Below are positions 1-8,877 of a DNA stretch of 64,000 nt, piece after piece. The first letter of the stretch is position 1. Every line of letters starts with the position of its first letter. Source of the DNA: Myxococcota bacterium (GTDB taxonomy: Bacteria > Myxococcota_A > Bradymonadia > UBA7976 > UBA1532); NCBI GenBank assembly GCA_036337435.1, contig JAYZEG010000010.1, positions 25,171 through 89,170 of the forward strand, written 5' to 3'. The position numbers were made by a program, and so were the translations under genes. The notes under the pieces are model-generated. The model did not search any database. It saw nothing but the letters and a program-made list of their open reading frames with translations, and had not been told where the DNA came from.

Positions 1-1197
1 CAGAACTGGCGCGATGACTCGAGTGTGGTAAGGCGTATCACACGCATGCTCGGGACTGTCGTCAATCGCTGTGGAATTAAGGTACGTGCTTTTGAACTGT
101 TGAAAGCCAAACTCGTTTTCACCAAACCAAAGGCGACTCATCAACTCACCGATTACAGCTGCGCGACCACGGTCCAAAATGCTGGCTGGGTCTCGCAACA
201 AGGCCGGAATAATGGTGTCAGCTGTTTCTTCCGATGAATGCTCTACATCGGTCAAAATACTACTGTAGCCTAACTCCATTCGAGGAAGCGAAAAGACACC
301 GTTTGCCAAGCGTCTATGTGCCTCCGATACCTTTGGGTCTTCAAATCCAATCAGAATGGGAGCCCACCACCTCCAGAGTTCTACGTCATCACCCCACCCC
401 CCCCCAAATTGGCCATCGTCTGCCTGTCGCTGATCGATCCAAAAATGAATCACCTGGTTGAGCTTATGAAGTGCCAAACGCTGCTGATTGGCCCAATGAG
501 GGGCCGTCGGATCGGACACCAGGTCGGTGGTCCACGGAATTGGCCGGTCTAAGTACATGCCAATAATTTGATTGTCGGGAAATGCATCTTGGGCGACCCG
601 GAGACAGACACGCGCCTCCTCAAATGCTTCGTCAGAAAATAAACCCGTTTGAATCGTCGACCAAATGAGCACTCGAGCACGGTAAATGCACCAGATGGGC
701 CTCAGTCGAGCGTCCGGCTCGATCGAAGGTGGGTAGCTCTCTGCGCCCGGCCAAACGCGCTGAACAAAATCGGACGCCAAATAGCCGCCTTCGCCAGCCA
801 TCTCTTGCTCTCCCGGTGACCAAAATCGTTCACGTCCGTAGGCCCATCGTTCAATAATGGGCAGAATTTTCTGAAGGTCGACCTGGAGGTGGTGGTCACT
901 GGGAAGTTGAGCAGCCAACTCGGTGAGAACGTCAAATCGAACCCGCTCATCTTCCGTTTGGCCAGCCGCAAAAACGGCTCGCTCAATGACCGCCTGTAGG
1001 GCGTCATCGAAAGGCATTGAATCCTGAGGCAATGCCGCATCGTTGGTACCGCCATCAAGCTCTGCGTCAATGCCAATATCAGCCATATCGGTCAATTGAG
1101 ACGAATCAGCTTGTCGCGATGTATTGCCGCTATTTGACTGGCAGGACGCCGAAAGGATGCACACTAGGGCAAGTAAAATCCGCATAGTGTTGAGCAT
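1..1197 (-). CDS. hypothetical lipoprotein (partial; runs beyond the window start)
   Basis: Manual minus-strand translation from the ATG at 1195-1197 gives MLNTMRILLALVCILSASCQSNSG... with lipobox LSASC. The frame stays open for about 399 codons down to position 1. It is absent from the ORF track because no stop lies inside the window. The plus-strand ORFs at 25-552 overlap it and are treated as spurious. Confidence 0.5.
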   Translation of the reverse strand, partial: MLNTMRILLALVCILSASCQSNSGNTSRQADSSQLTDMADIGIDAELDGGTNDAALPQDSMPFDDALQAVIERAVFAAGQTEDERVRFDVLTELAAQLPSDHHLQVDLQKILPIIERWAYGRERFWSPGEQEMAGEGGYLASDFVQRVWPGAESYPPSIEPDARLRPIWCIYRARVLIWSTIQTGLFSDEAFEEARVCLRVAQDAFPDNQIIGMYLDRPIPWTTDLVSDPTAPHWANQQRLALHKLNQVIHFWIDQRQADDGQFGGGWGDDVELWRWWAPILIGFEDPKVSEAHRRLANGVFSLPRMELGYSSILTDVEHSSEETADTIIPALLRDPASILDRGRAAVIGELMSRLWFGENEFGFQQFKSTYLNSTAIDDSPEHACDTPYHTRVIAPVL

Positions 1198-1267
1198 ACC
1201 GCAAATTTCTCAGGCCGGCTTTCTTCTGCCTAAAAATCCATGTCCGGACGGGTAACACAAACCCTGA

Positions 1268-2170
1268 TTACCCAATATCGAAGAGCAACGCCATGCCAAG
1301 AGTAGCGATGAGGGCAGCCCAAATTGAGCGACCTGTCAGCCGATCATGCAGCCAAATGGCAGCCAGGGGTAAAACAAAGATAGGCGAAGTCGACGATAGG
1401 GTCGCCGCTATGCCAGCCGGGGCAAATCTTAGACCCGCAACCTGTAACCAAATTCCCAAATAGGTGCCAAGAAGGGTCGCTACAAGGACCATGAAGAGCG
1501 TTTTCCCATGCTTCAGTGGTCTCAGCTCAGACCGAATTTTTCGGGTCAGTAAGACTAAAATAACCAACCCGACTGTGCCAAATGTGATTCGAACGAGCCC
1601 CATTTCCAAGGGGGCATGGTGCCCGCCGAGTTTGGTTCCAATATTGCCAACTGCTTGGCAAAGAGCCGCCGCCGCTGCGAGCATCAATCCAACTTTGTCA
1701 GACTCTTCGCTGGCACTGTCCTCCCGATCATCGATGATAAGAGCGACCCCGAAAATGGTGACCAGAATACCGAGACACATTTTTAGAGTGATCGGTTCAC
1801 CAAGAAAGGGCCACGCAAGGAGTGCTGTGGTTGGTGGGGCTAAGGTCATGAATAACAGGGATTTCCTGGGCCCGACTCGATTGAATGCCATGAACAGTAG
1901 TGTATCACCCACAGTGAGGCCCAACAGCCCGCTCCCGGCAAGCCAGGCCAACTCTGCTTTCGTCATGGTCTGTGGCCAGAAATGGCCCGCGGCCAGCTTA
2001 AGAGTTAACAACATCAAGATACAGGCAATACCGGTCTTCAACAGATTCAGGACGAGCGCATTTATGGTCGAACCAAGACGGGTGAATAAGATGGATGCAA
2101 CGGCCCAGAGAGCTGCGGCTGAAATCGAGGCAATGTGACCGATGTAAGGCGTATCAGATATCCACATATT
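1268..2170 (-). CDS. EamA/DMT-family (drug/metabolite transporter) permease
   Basis: About 10 predicted TM helices in two repeated halves (..LFTRLGSTINALVLNLL.. / ..FGTVGLVILVLLT..), typical of EamA duplication. The start was moved to the internal MWISDTPY; the ORF-track start at 2290 adds 40 non-hydrophobic residues. Confidence 0.75.
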   Translation of the reverse strand, partial: NMWISDTPYIGHIASISAAALWAVASILFTRLGSTINALVLNLLKTGIACILMLLTLKLAAGHFWPQTMTKAELAWLAGSGLLGLTVGDTLLFMAFNRVGPRKSLLFMTLAPPTTALLAWPFLGEPITLKMCLGILVTIFGVALIIDDREDSASEESDKVGLMLAAAAALCQAVGNIGTKLGGHHAPLEMGLVRITFGTVGLVILVLLTRKIRSELRPLKHGKTLFMVLVATLLGTYLGIWLQVAGLRFAPAGIAATLSSTSPIFVLPLAAIWLHDRLTGRSIWAALIATLGMALLFDIG

Positions 2171-2372
2171 GCGCTCGATGACCATTTGTGTTTTGAGACA
2201 GTAGATGATTGGCGATGGCCGACAAACAACATGATGGTTCAGTGCGTGCGACGACACCAGGAATAATTTAGTCGTGAGACGCAATTTCAACTGATCTTGT
2301 TACAATTCAGAGTAACATCAAGTGGCTTTGGTCATCGATTCAACGACCGAGCGGTAACCGGGGAATGGATGC

Positions 2373-3314
2373 TTGAAAGTGGTGGATGTGATCAGACGAT
2401 TTAAGTTCGGCCTGGTAGGGATCTTGGCTCTTTGCCATCTCCTCTCTTGTACTCGAGCCGAAGCAAAGGGCCAAGGGGCTGAAGGCCTGGTGCGTGATCT
2501 GATCACCTTGATCAAGACGGCGGAACAACAACGTTGGCAAATAGACCATTATGAGTATGAAGATCTGATGAGCGACGCACTGATCTTGGTCTGCGTAGCG
2601 GATAAAGAGACCCGTGACGCGGCACTGGCTCACTTAGCCAGGTCTCAAGAAACGCTGGGGGGCGAACCCAGCAAGCATTGGTCCGAGGCCAACAAAGATG
2701 AAGCAAAGATCAAAGAGTTGATGACCATAAGCCGAAGCAAAACCTTATTGATCAAATCACTCGATGTTGCGCAAACACGATGCCCATTCCGTCTCACACA
2801 AAAACCAATCTATACCGAGCGGCATCGGGTCACCGACCGTTTTTTCATGGCATTCCAGGGTGGTGGTTTGATGAATATCCGATTTTCAGATGAAAATCGG
2901 GCTGGTGGTGGCGGCTCTGGCCGAATCGATTTTGGATACGGTTTCGGACCGTTTTGGTCATTGCGAACGGGCTTAGAAATGGGCGGCGCAGGGCTCTTTG
3001 ATGAAAAAATAGATGCCGGCGATATCGACCTCATGTTTTATTTTGCGACGCCCATTACCCTCAGACATAGACAACGTCTTTGGCATCAGGATATCGAAAT
3101 TGCGCCTGTCGCTCTGGGTCTGCCTTGGCAAGACGAAATGAGATTTGGCGGCAGAATCGGCGGACTCTTTGGCCTCACTTACTCACGTCTGGGTATGATT
3201 CAACCCTGGGGGGGACTCAAAGTCGCTGCGGAATACATTCCAGACCAAAAGGGACGAGATGAACTTTTAATCATGCGGCTGGGTCTACGTTTTGGGTTTG
3301 ATTTACATCTCTAG
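2373..3314 (+). CDS. hypothetical secreted protein, possibly a beta-strand-rich OM protein
   Basis: TTG start. N-terminal signal FKFGLVGILALCHLLSC, a Gly-rich middle region and a C-terminus ending ..GLRFGFDLHL. No recognisable catalytic motif. Confidence 0.5.
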   Translation: MKVVDVIRRFKFGLVGILALCHLLSCTRAEAKGQGAEGLVRDLITLIKTAEQQRWQIDHYEYEDLMSDALILVCVADKETRDAALAHLARSQETLGGEPSKHWSEANKDEAKIKELMTISRSKTLLIKSLDVAQTRCPFRLTQKPIYTERHRVTDRFFMAFQGGGLMNIRFSDENRAGGGGSGRIDFGYGFGPFWSLRTGLEMGGAGLFDEKIDAGDIDLMFYFATPITLRHRQRLWHQDIEIAPVALGLPWQDEMRFGGRIGGLFGLTYSRLGMIQPWGGLKVAAEYIPDQKGRDELLIMRLGLRFGFDLHL

Positions 3315-3332
3315 CCGGCGTTCGGACGGCGG

Positions 3333-4640
3333 CTATTGGATTGCACCGGAACGGATCCCACTGATAATGTGTCGATAGGTCTCGGCAATGAGACGGTCTG
3401 TTTCGTGATATTTTCGGTGCGCCTGCAGCTGACTGACAATAAAAAACTCTCTCCCTAAATTCAACGTCGGCTGGCCCTGCTCATCTAGGACCGGGAGACA
3501 TGCATACCCGGCGTTGACAAATTCGCCGCCCCTCGAATATCCAAAACCAAGTTTGCTAAAGATTCGCCATTGACCTTGAGCGGCTCTCTCAATCGCTGCC
3601 GTGTCGATGGCGTTTTGCAAATAGACAGTTGGATCTGATTCCATACCTTGTGGCTGCTCATCTTCAAATAAAACCGAATTAGCGGACCCATAAAGCAATG
3701 TTTGAACATCGGGCCATTGAAGATGGGGCATCGCGTATCGCGGGTTTTCTCGGTGCATCACTAACCGTTTAAGGAATTCTGCTATCGTGTATGTGGACAG
3801 CTGATTCTCCGGCCCGTTTCCGTCATCACCAGGCATCTCAATACGCCCTGCCTCGCCAATAAAATAGGTGCCGACGGCGGCACTCGGATGACCATAGTTA
3901 CCACCCAGTGTTTCGTCTTGCGATCTCTGCAACCAGCCTTCATGAATCAAATGATCGAGCTGGGTGCGTGTGCCGATATTGAGAAACCAGCGAGCAAGGC
4001 CATTAGACGTGAATCGCTGCTCATCGTAATTGTGGACAATGGTCGATAAATCACCGATTGGAAGAGAGTCTACTGTGGCCGTGAGCCCAAGTGCGCCATC
4101 AGATGCCTTACGAAGTGCCGCACCCGCATTAGCGACAGCCATGAATTTAGTGGAACTCCAGGGCTGTATAATCACATCGTGAGTTCCATTGCTTAAGTAC
4201 CGATAATGTGGCTCACCATTGACTCGCCTGACCAAAATGACCGTGATATTCATGTCGTCAGGTACAAGGCCAACGAGGGCGTCGCTATCGACCTCCGGGG
4301 CATCGGCTGCGGGTCGATATGTATGAGATTGGTCAGTACTTGTCCCATGGACGTGCGGTGAGCTGTGTTCTGTGGGACATGTGAACTCCCGATCGCGCTG
4401 GGTTGGGATCACCTTGGTACATTTCGTATCGTCTAGATACTCGAAGTAATCGTTAGGAAAGGGGCCGCATTCGTCTCGATTTACTTGAGTCGAATCACCT
4501 TTACCTGGACGATAATCGGAGTCGGGCTGCACAGAATCGGCGCGTGTGTCCATCACCTCCAACTCATCAGAACAACCGGTCACGATAAGACTCACTGCCA
4601 CGAGCAGCTCAACCAATCTGTCGCAAATCCAACGACCCAT
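3333..4640 (-). CDS. lipoprotein, beta-lactamase/transpeptidase-fold serine hydrolase-like (divergent)
   Basis: Lipobox LIVTGC after the internal Met. SxxK motif (WSSTKF), followed by SNG and a later KLGFG, roughly in class-A-like order (SxxK ... SDN ... KTG) but degenerate. Confidence 0.5.
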   Translation of the reverse strand: MGRWICDRLVELLVAVSLIVTGCSDELEVMDTRADSVQPDSDYRPGKGDSTQVNRDECGPFPNDYFEYLDDTKCTKVIPTQRDREFTCPTEHSSPHVHGTSTDQSHTYRPAADAPEVDSDALVGLVPDDMNITVILVRRVNGEPHYRYLSNGTHDVIIQPWSSTKFMAVANAGAALRKASDGALGLTATVDSLPIGDLSTIVHNYDEQRFTSNGLARWFLNIGTRTQLDHLIHEGWLQRSQDETLGGNYGHPSAAVGTYFIGEAGRIEMPGDDGNGPENQLSTYTIAEFLKRLVMHRENPRYAMPHLQWPDVQTLLYGSANSVLFEDEQPQGMESDPTVYLQNAIDTAAIERAAQGQWRIFSKLGFGYSRGGEFVNAGYACLPVLDEQGQPTLNLGREFFIVSQLQAHRKYHETDRLIAETYRHIISGIRSGAIQ

Positions 4641-4955
4641 CTTTTGGACTCCAAAAAACATCCAGTCCGAATAGTCCAGCAAACATCATGCCAGAGCATG
4701 ACACGAGCAAAAAATATTTTGTTCAATATTATTAGAAAGTTAACTGAAATCAATCCGACCAAGCATCAGCTCACCAGAAGCCTGGGTACTCTTGGACACA
4801 GTCATCCAGCCTGACTGGGGACAAAATAGCCCAATGGGGGTTTTTATTTTATTACGAGATCTACTTGGCTATGAAATCATTTGCGGTATACACAGTAGAC
4901 ACATTTGTTTGCCTTTTGTGGTCGACGCTCAACAACACAGTAAACGGATTGCAAG

Positions 4956-5702
4956 ATGGATGCACTCGGAATAGATATTGGTGGCACCGGTATCAAAGGC
5001 GCTGTTGTCGATACCACCACGGGTCGTTTATTGACCGACCGACACCGACTGCTCACGCCCAAGCCTGCAACACCCACCGCTATTATAGAAACCGTGAGAG
5101 AGATACAGACCCATTTCAACTGGAGTGGTGCTATCGGCATTGGTTTGCCGTCGGTCATACAAGGTGGCGTTCCTCAGACAGCTGCTCACATCAGCGAACA
5201 ATGGATCGGCTTGAACGCAAAGGAATGGTTGTCGCAAGGGCTCTCGACATCGGTCACACTGCTCAATGACGCGGACGCTGCCGGATTAGCCGAGTTCAGG
5301 TTTGGTGCAGGCCGACGACAAGCCGGAACGGTTCTCATGGTGACTCTTGGTACGGGCATTGGCAGCGCGTTGCTGATAGATGGCCAATTAGTCCCCAATA
5401 CCGAATTCGGTCATCTTCAGATGGGCTCACTCGAGGCTGAGCAATATGCGGCGGACTCGATCCGGAAAATTGAGGCACTGGATTGGGCTGTTTGGGCTGC
5501 TCGACTCAATGAAGTCTTGGGGGCTTATGAAGCCCTCCTCTGGCCGGACCTTCTCATTCTCGGGGGCGGAGGAAGTAAGAAGTACACAAAGTACCAGCAT
5601 CTGCTCAAGACAAGGGCACCGATCGCCGTAGCAGAGTTTGGCAACATGGCTGGAATCATTGGTGCTGCCGTAGCAGCTGCTCAGTCAGGCAGTCTGCGTT
5701 AA
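4956..5702 (+). CDS. ppgK: polyphosphate glucokinase (ROK family)
   Basis: N-terminal ATP-binding motif [27 protein letters not shown] and GTGIGSALL. Length of about 250 aa is typical of PPGK. Confidence 0.8.
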   Translation: MDALGIDIGGTGIKGAVVDTTTGRLLTDRHRLLTPKPATPTAIIETVREIQTHFNWSGAIGIGLPSVIQGGVPQTAAHISEQWIGLNAKEWLSQGLSTSVTLLNDADAAGLAEFRFGAGRRQAGTVLMVTLGTGIGSALLIDGQLVPNTEFGHLQMGSLEAEQYAADSIRKIEALDWAVWAARLNEVLGAYEALLWPDLLILGGGGSKKYTKYQHLLKTRAPIAVAEFGNMAGIIGAAVAAAQSGSLR

Positions 5703-5744
5703 ATCCACTTGATTGAGTAGTGTGTCAGTCGGTGACACAGGCAA

Positions 5745-5776
5745 AAAAAAACGCCCCCAAAGGTGGAGGCGTTTTC
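5745..5776. terminator. bidirectional rho-independent terminator between convergent ppgK and the TSP3 gene
   Basis: AAAACGCC-(12 nt loop)-GGCGTTTT forms a perfect 8-bp stem, flanked by an A9 run upstream and a T-run downstream. Confidence 0.7.
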
Positions 5777-5797
5777 TACGTCAGCGCAATGTCGTCA

Positions 5798-7162
5798 TCA
5801 ACGACGTCGGCGAACCCGAATCAGACCGATTCCTCCAAAGAGGGCGACCATGAAGAGTGCTGCGAGTCCGTTGCCTGAGGCTGCGCTGGCTGCACACCCA
5901 CCTGCGTTTGCGTCTGTGGCTTGAGGCTCACCCGACGCTTTGAGTCGCATTCTGTATTGTGCAACTGTTTCGACTTCGGTTGTGTTTGCATCTTCAAACG
6001 CTGTCACAACCTCGACCATGATGGTGTACTCACCTGGCATGTCTGGAATGACTGTCGGGCGGTCTGCCAGGTAGTGATACTCAAATGGGCTTGATTGCTC
6101 TACCGAGCCTTGTGGAGCCGCAATCTTTGCTCGTGAACCGTCTGGGCTTGAGACAATGGCCCATGTGTAACGGAACTCGCGGTTCGTCCGGTTAATGAAT
6201 AAGCGAAGTGGTACTTCATCGCCGGTATTGGCCATCAGGCTCGGGGAGTAGACGGTCAAAGTCGCGTCTGGGTCGAGGCAATTCTCTACGTCGCCGTAGA
6301 CGGCATAGCAGAAACTTGGGTCGCAATCATCGCCCTTGCCATCACGGTCAGCGTCGATCTGACCTGGATTGACCATGAGTGAGCAATTGTCGAACTTGTT
6401 GGCGATTCCATCGCCGTCTCTGTCCGAATCGCACTTGTCTCCGAGGCCGTCGCCATCGGTGTCGAGTTGGTCTTCGTTCGCGATGGTTGGGCAGTTGTCC
6501 TTGCTCAAAGGATCAACTTCACTCACGCCATCTCCGTCCACATCTGGGAAACAAATCGACCGCTCATCTTCAGAAGGAGCCTCGAGTGTCGCATTGTACG
6601 GACAAGGATCCTCCAGATTGGTTTTCAAGTCGCCATCGATATCATCGTCACACGCGTCACCAATGCCGTCTCCGTCAAGGTCCGGCTGTCCTTCTTCCCC
6701 GGCTTGATTGGGCACCAACATGCAGTTGTCGAGCTCGTTTTCGATGTTATCATTGTCAATATCCGCATCGCAGGCGTCGCCCTTCGCGTCTTCATCCAGA
6801 TTGAGCTGGTCTTCATTACGCGTGTTGACGCAATTGTCGCAGCCGTCTCCAATGCCGTCACCGTCGCGGTCAAACTGCTCCGGATTCCGAACACGTGGAC
6901 AGTTGTCGGAGTTATCCTCAATGCCGTCGTCATCGAAGTCATCGGCGCGCTGGTACGTGTCGCCAAGGTCGGTGTTATTAATGAGGACGGCACCGCCCCC
7001 GCCACCGCCGCCGCCGCCGCTCATATTCGGCGTTCCGCAGTCGCCGAAGTTGTTATCGCACTCAAATGGTGCGTCCTGCGCTGATACGACGAGCGGGAAC
7101 ATGGCCGCTGCCGTAAGCGTAACGAGTAAACGAATCGATGCCGCCATAATGTGTCTCCTCAT
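5798..7162 (-). CDS. secreted thrombospondin type-3 repeat (Ca-binding) protein with MYXO-CTERM-like sorting tail
   Basis: Signal peptide, then a poly-Gly9 run and more than 10 DxDxDGxxDxxDNCP TSP3 repeats. The C-terminus ..GGCAASAASGNGLAALFMVALFGGIGLIRVRRRR has a GC motif, a hydrophobic helix and an R4 cluster. Confidence 0.8.
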   Translation of the reverse strand: MRRHIMAASIRLLVTLTAAAMFPLVVSAQDAPFECDNNFGDCGTPNMSGGGGGGGGGAVLINNTDLGDTYQRADDFDDDGIEDNSDNCPRVRNPEQFDRDGDGIGDGCDNCVNTRNEDQLNLDEDAKGDACDADIDNDNIENELDNCMLVPNQAGEEGQPDLDGDGIGDACDDDIDGDLKTNLEDPCPYNATLEAPSEDERSICFPDVDGDGVSEVDPLSKDNCPTIANEDQLDTDGDGLGDKCDSDRDGDGIANKFDNCSLMVNPGQIDADRDGKGDDCDPSFCYAVYGDVENCLDPDATLTVYSPSLMANTGDEVPLRLFINRTNREFRYTWAIVSSPDGSRAKIAAPQGSVEQSSPFEYHYLADRPTVIPDMPGEYTIMVEVVTAFEDANTTEVETVAQYRMRLKASGEPQATDANAGGCAASAASGNGLAALFMVALFGGIGLIRVRRRR

Positions 7163-7364
7163 TTATCGGCTGTCTAGAGAGTAGCAAAAGTGCCAACTGT
7201 ACTCATTAAAGCACACGTCCGCGACGGCTTTGCCTATCCCTGTCTCATTAACTACGTTTGTAAGGACAGCGTTCGCGTCCAAATCTAACCCCACGCTATA
7301 AAGAATGACGATCAAAACCGGTTTTTTCAAGATATTTCAGTGTCGGGATCGCGAAATTATCGGG

Positions 7365-8291
7365 TCAATCGTCGGATTGAAACTCGGGGTCGAGAAAAAT
7401 AATCTGATCGGCACGCGTCGAAAGTCGTAACATCGTGCGATATCCGGATGTTTTTCTTTCGAACAAATCTTTCACATCGAGCACACCGGCCTTCCTCAAT
7501 TGGCTGCGCAGTTTGCCCCGCTCAAAACCAAGCCGTTCGATCCCCGAATTGGGATTACCGCCGAGTTTGAGCCACTGTTGATGACTCTCCGGTGCTGTGA
7601 GCCAGCCGCCCTCCGTGTAACTCTCATCTCTGCGGACCAATGCATAGGCAGCCAGTACGCGGACGCACTCCCCTGTGACTCTGACAGAGCTTTCGTCGCT
7701 TTCGAAACAGGCCCAAAGCTCCGAAACTGAAATTCGCAGGCTGCATTCATCGATGATCAAATGAAGTTGAGCCACCAACGTCGGTGCACCGAGAACCGGA
7801 AAGAAGAGACGATATAGCGAGGTCCCCGAACTGACAAGATCACCATCTTTCAACTCGTAGGATGCGTCAGCTCCATGTTCCCATCCAAACCGATAAAAGC
7901 GGTCATCGACACACTCGTAGAGGTCATCTAACGCATCTCCGCTGACGAACTCATTGTTTTCGACATTCATCGCGAATGCTTGTGGCGGAGTTGTATCGGT
8001 TAATTCAGCAACGATGCCGTCATCGATGGTAATGCGGGCGACACGGCGACTTAGGCTATTGATGATACGCCAGCCGTTTTGATCAACCGAACCGGACCCT
8101 CTCGTTTCATCGACACGATTGAGCGGTCGCCAACCCCAATTTTGACCTAACCAACGAATCTCAAACCAGAACTGAGGCACACTGGATGAAAAAAACCGGG
8201 CATGACAGCTCCAATGCCGCCCAACAAGACAAACCTCTGATATGGGAATGATTCGCGTAGTAGAACCATCTGTTAATTTCAACGCCCCCAT
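7365..8291 (-). CDS. FHA-domain protein (hypothetical)
   Basis: N-terminal segment ..TRIIPISEVCLVGRHWSCHARFF...FWFEIRW.. resembles an FHA fold. The rest is uncharacterised. Confidence 0.5.
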   Translation of the reverse strand: MGALKLTDGSTTRIIPISEVCLVGRHWSCHARFFSSSVPQFWFEIRWLGQNWGWRPLNRVDETRGSGSVDQNGWRIINSLSRRVARITIDDGIVAELTDTTPPQAFAMNVENNEFVSGDALDDLYECVDDRFYRFGWEHGADASYELKDGDLVSSGTSLYRLFFPVLGAPTLVAQLHLIIDECSLRISVSELWACFESDESSVRVTGECVRVLAAYALVRRDESYTEGGWLTAPESHQQWLKLGGNPNSGIERLGFERGKLRSQLRKAGVLDVKDLFERKTSGYRTMLRLSTRADQIIFLDPEFQSDD

Positions 8292-8487
8292 TTAACGCCC
8301 CACACAGTCCACACGTCTCCACTAATCAAACCACGCCCACCGAAAGCACGTGGTGCGCAAATATGACTGGGATGCAGTTATGATATGAATTGAGCTGCTG
8401 ATTTTGCAAGAGGCGTTAGACAAAAACCCCCTCTACACAACCAGCAGACCAATGGGTTTAGAGCCCTTCGAAAGACTCCAGAGCCCC

Positions 8488-8829
8488 CTAGAAGGCGGTC
8501 CAAAGAAATCGTTTAAAATCAACGAGGCCTCGGTCTGAGAAAACAATACCCTCCACTTCGAGGAGATTTTTCTGCAATTGAGCGCGTACAGATTGACCCC
8601 GACCACTGATGTAACCACGACTGTTTATAATTCGATGCCACGGGACGTCGGCGTCTTTGTCCGTAATCGACGCAAGAGCCCAGCCAACATGTCTCGCCAC
8701 TCTCGGACTTCCAAGTTGTGTTGCGATTTGGCCGTAGGTAGACACCCGACCAGCGGGGACACGACGCACCAAATCATAGACACGTTGGTGGAAGCCGGGT
8801 CCGACAATCTTAGGTTCTAGTTGCGTCAC
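8488..8829 (-). CDS. alkyltransferase-like protein (ATL; MGMT DNA-binding fold without the Cys acceptor)
   Basis: ..TYGQIATQLGSPRVARHVGWALA...VPWHRIINSRGYISG.. matches the Ogt/Ada C-terminal domain with PCHR replaced by PWHR, as in YbaZ/Atl1. At 113 aa it lacks an N-terminal domain. Confidence 0.8.
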   Translation of the reverse strand: MTQLEPKIVGPGFHQRVYDLVRRVPAGRVSTYGQIATQLGSPRVARHVGWALASITDKDADVPWHRIINSRGYISGRGQSVRAQLQKNLLEVEGIVFSDRGLVDFKRFLWTAF

Positions 8830-8877
8830 AGATACTCCAAGTAAAGATGTCCAAGGCAGCCGGGCGACCCAGGGGGG

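Noticed and set aside
25-552. Three plus-strand ORFs (70-78 aa) at the window start
   Set aside because: They fully overlap the long minus-strand lipoprotein frame, which has a proper signal peptide and about 400 open codons. They have no motifs.
1464-2138. 224-aa plus-strand ORF
   Set aside because: It is antisense to the EamA transporter gene, which has clear TM periodicity. The ORF is Arg/Ser/Pro-rich, typical of a shadow ORF in GC-biased DNA.
6369-7184. Several ORFs (112-205 aa) on both strands inside the TSP3 gene
   Set aside because: They are alternative-frame or antisense readings of the repetitive TSP3 coding DNA. They are low-complexity Ser/Pro/Arg-rich.
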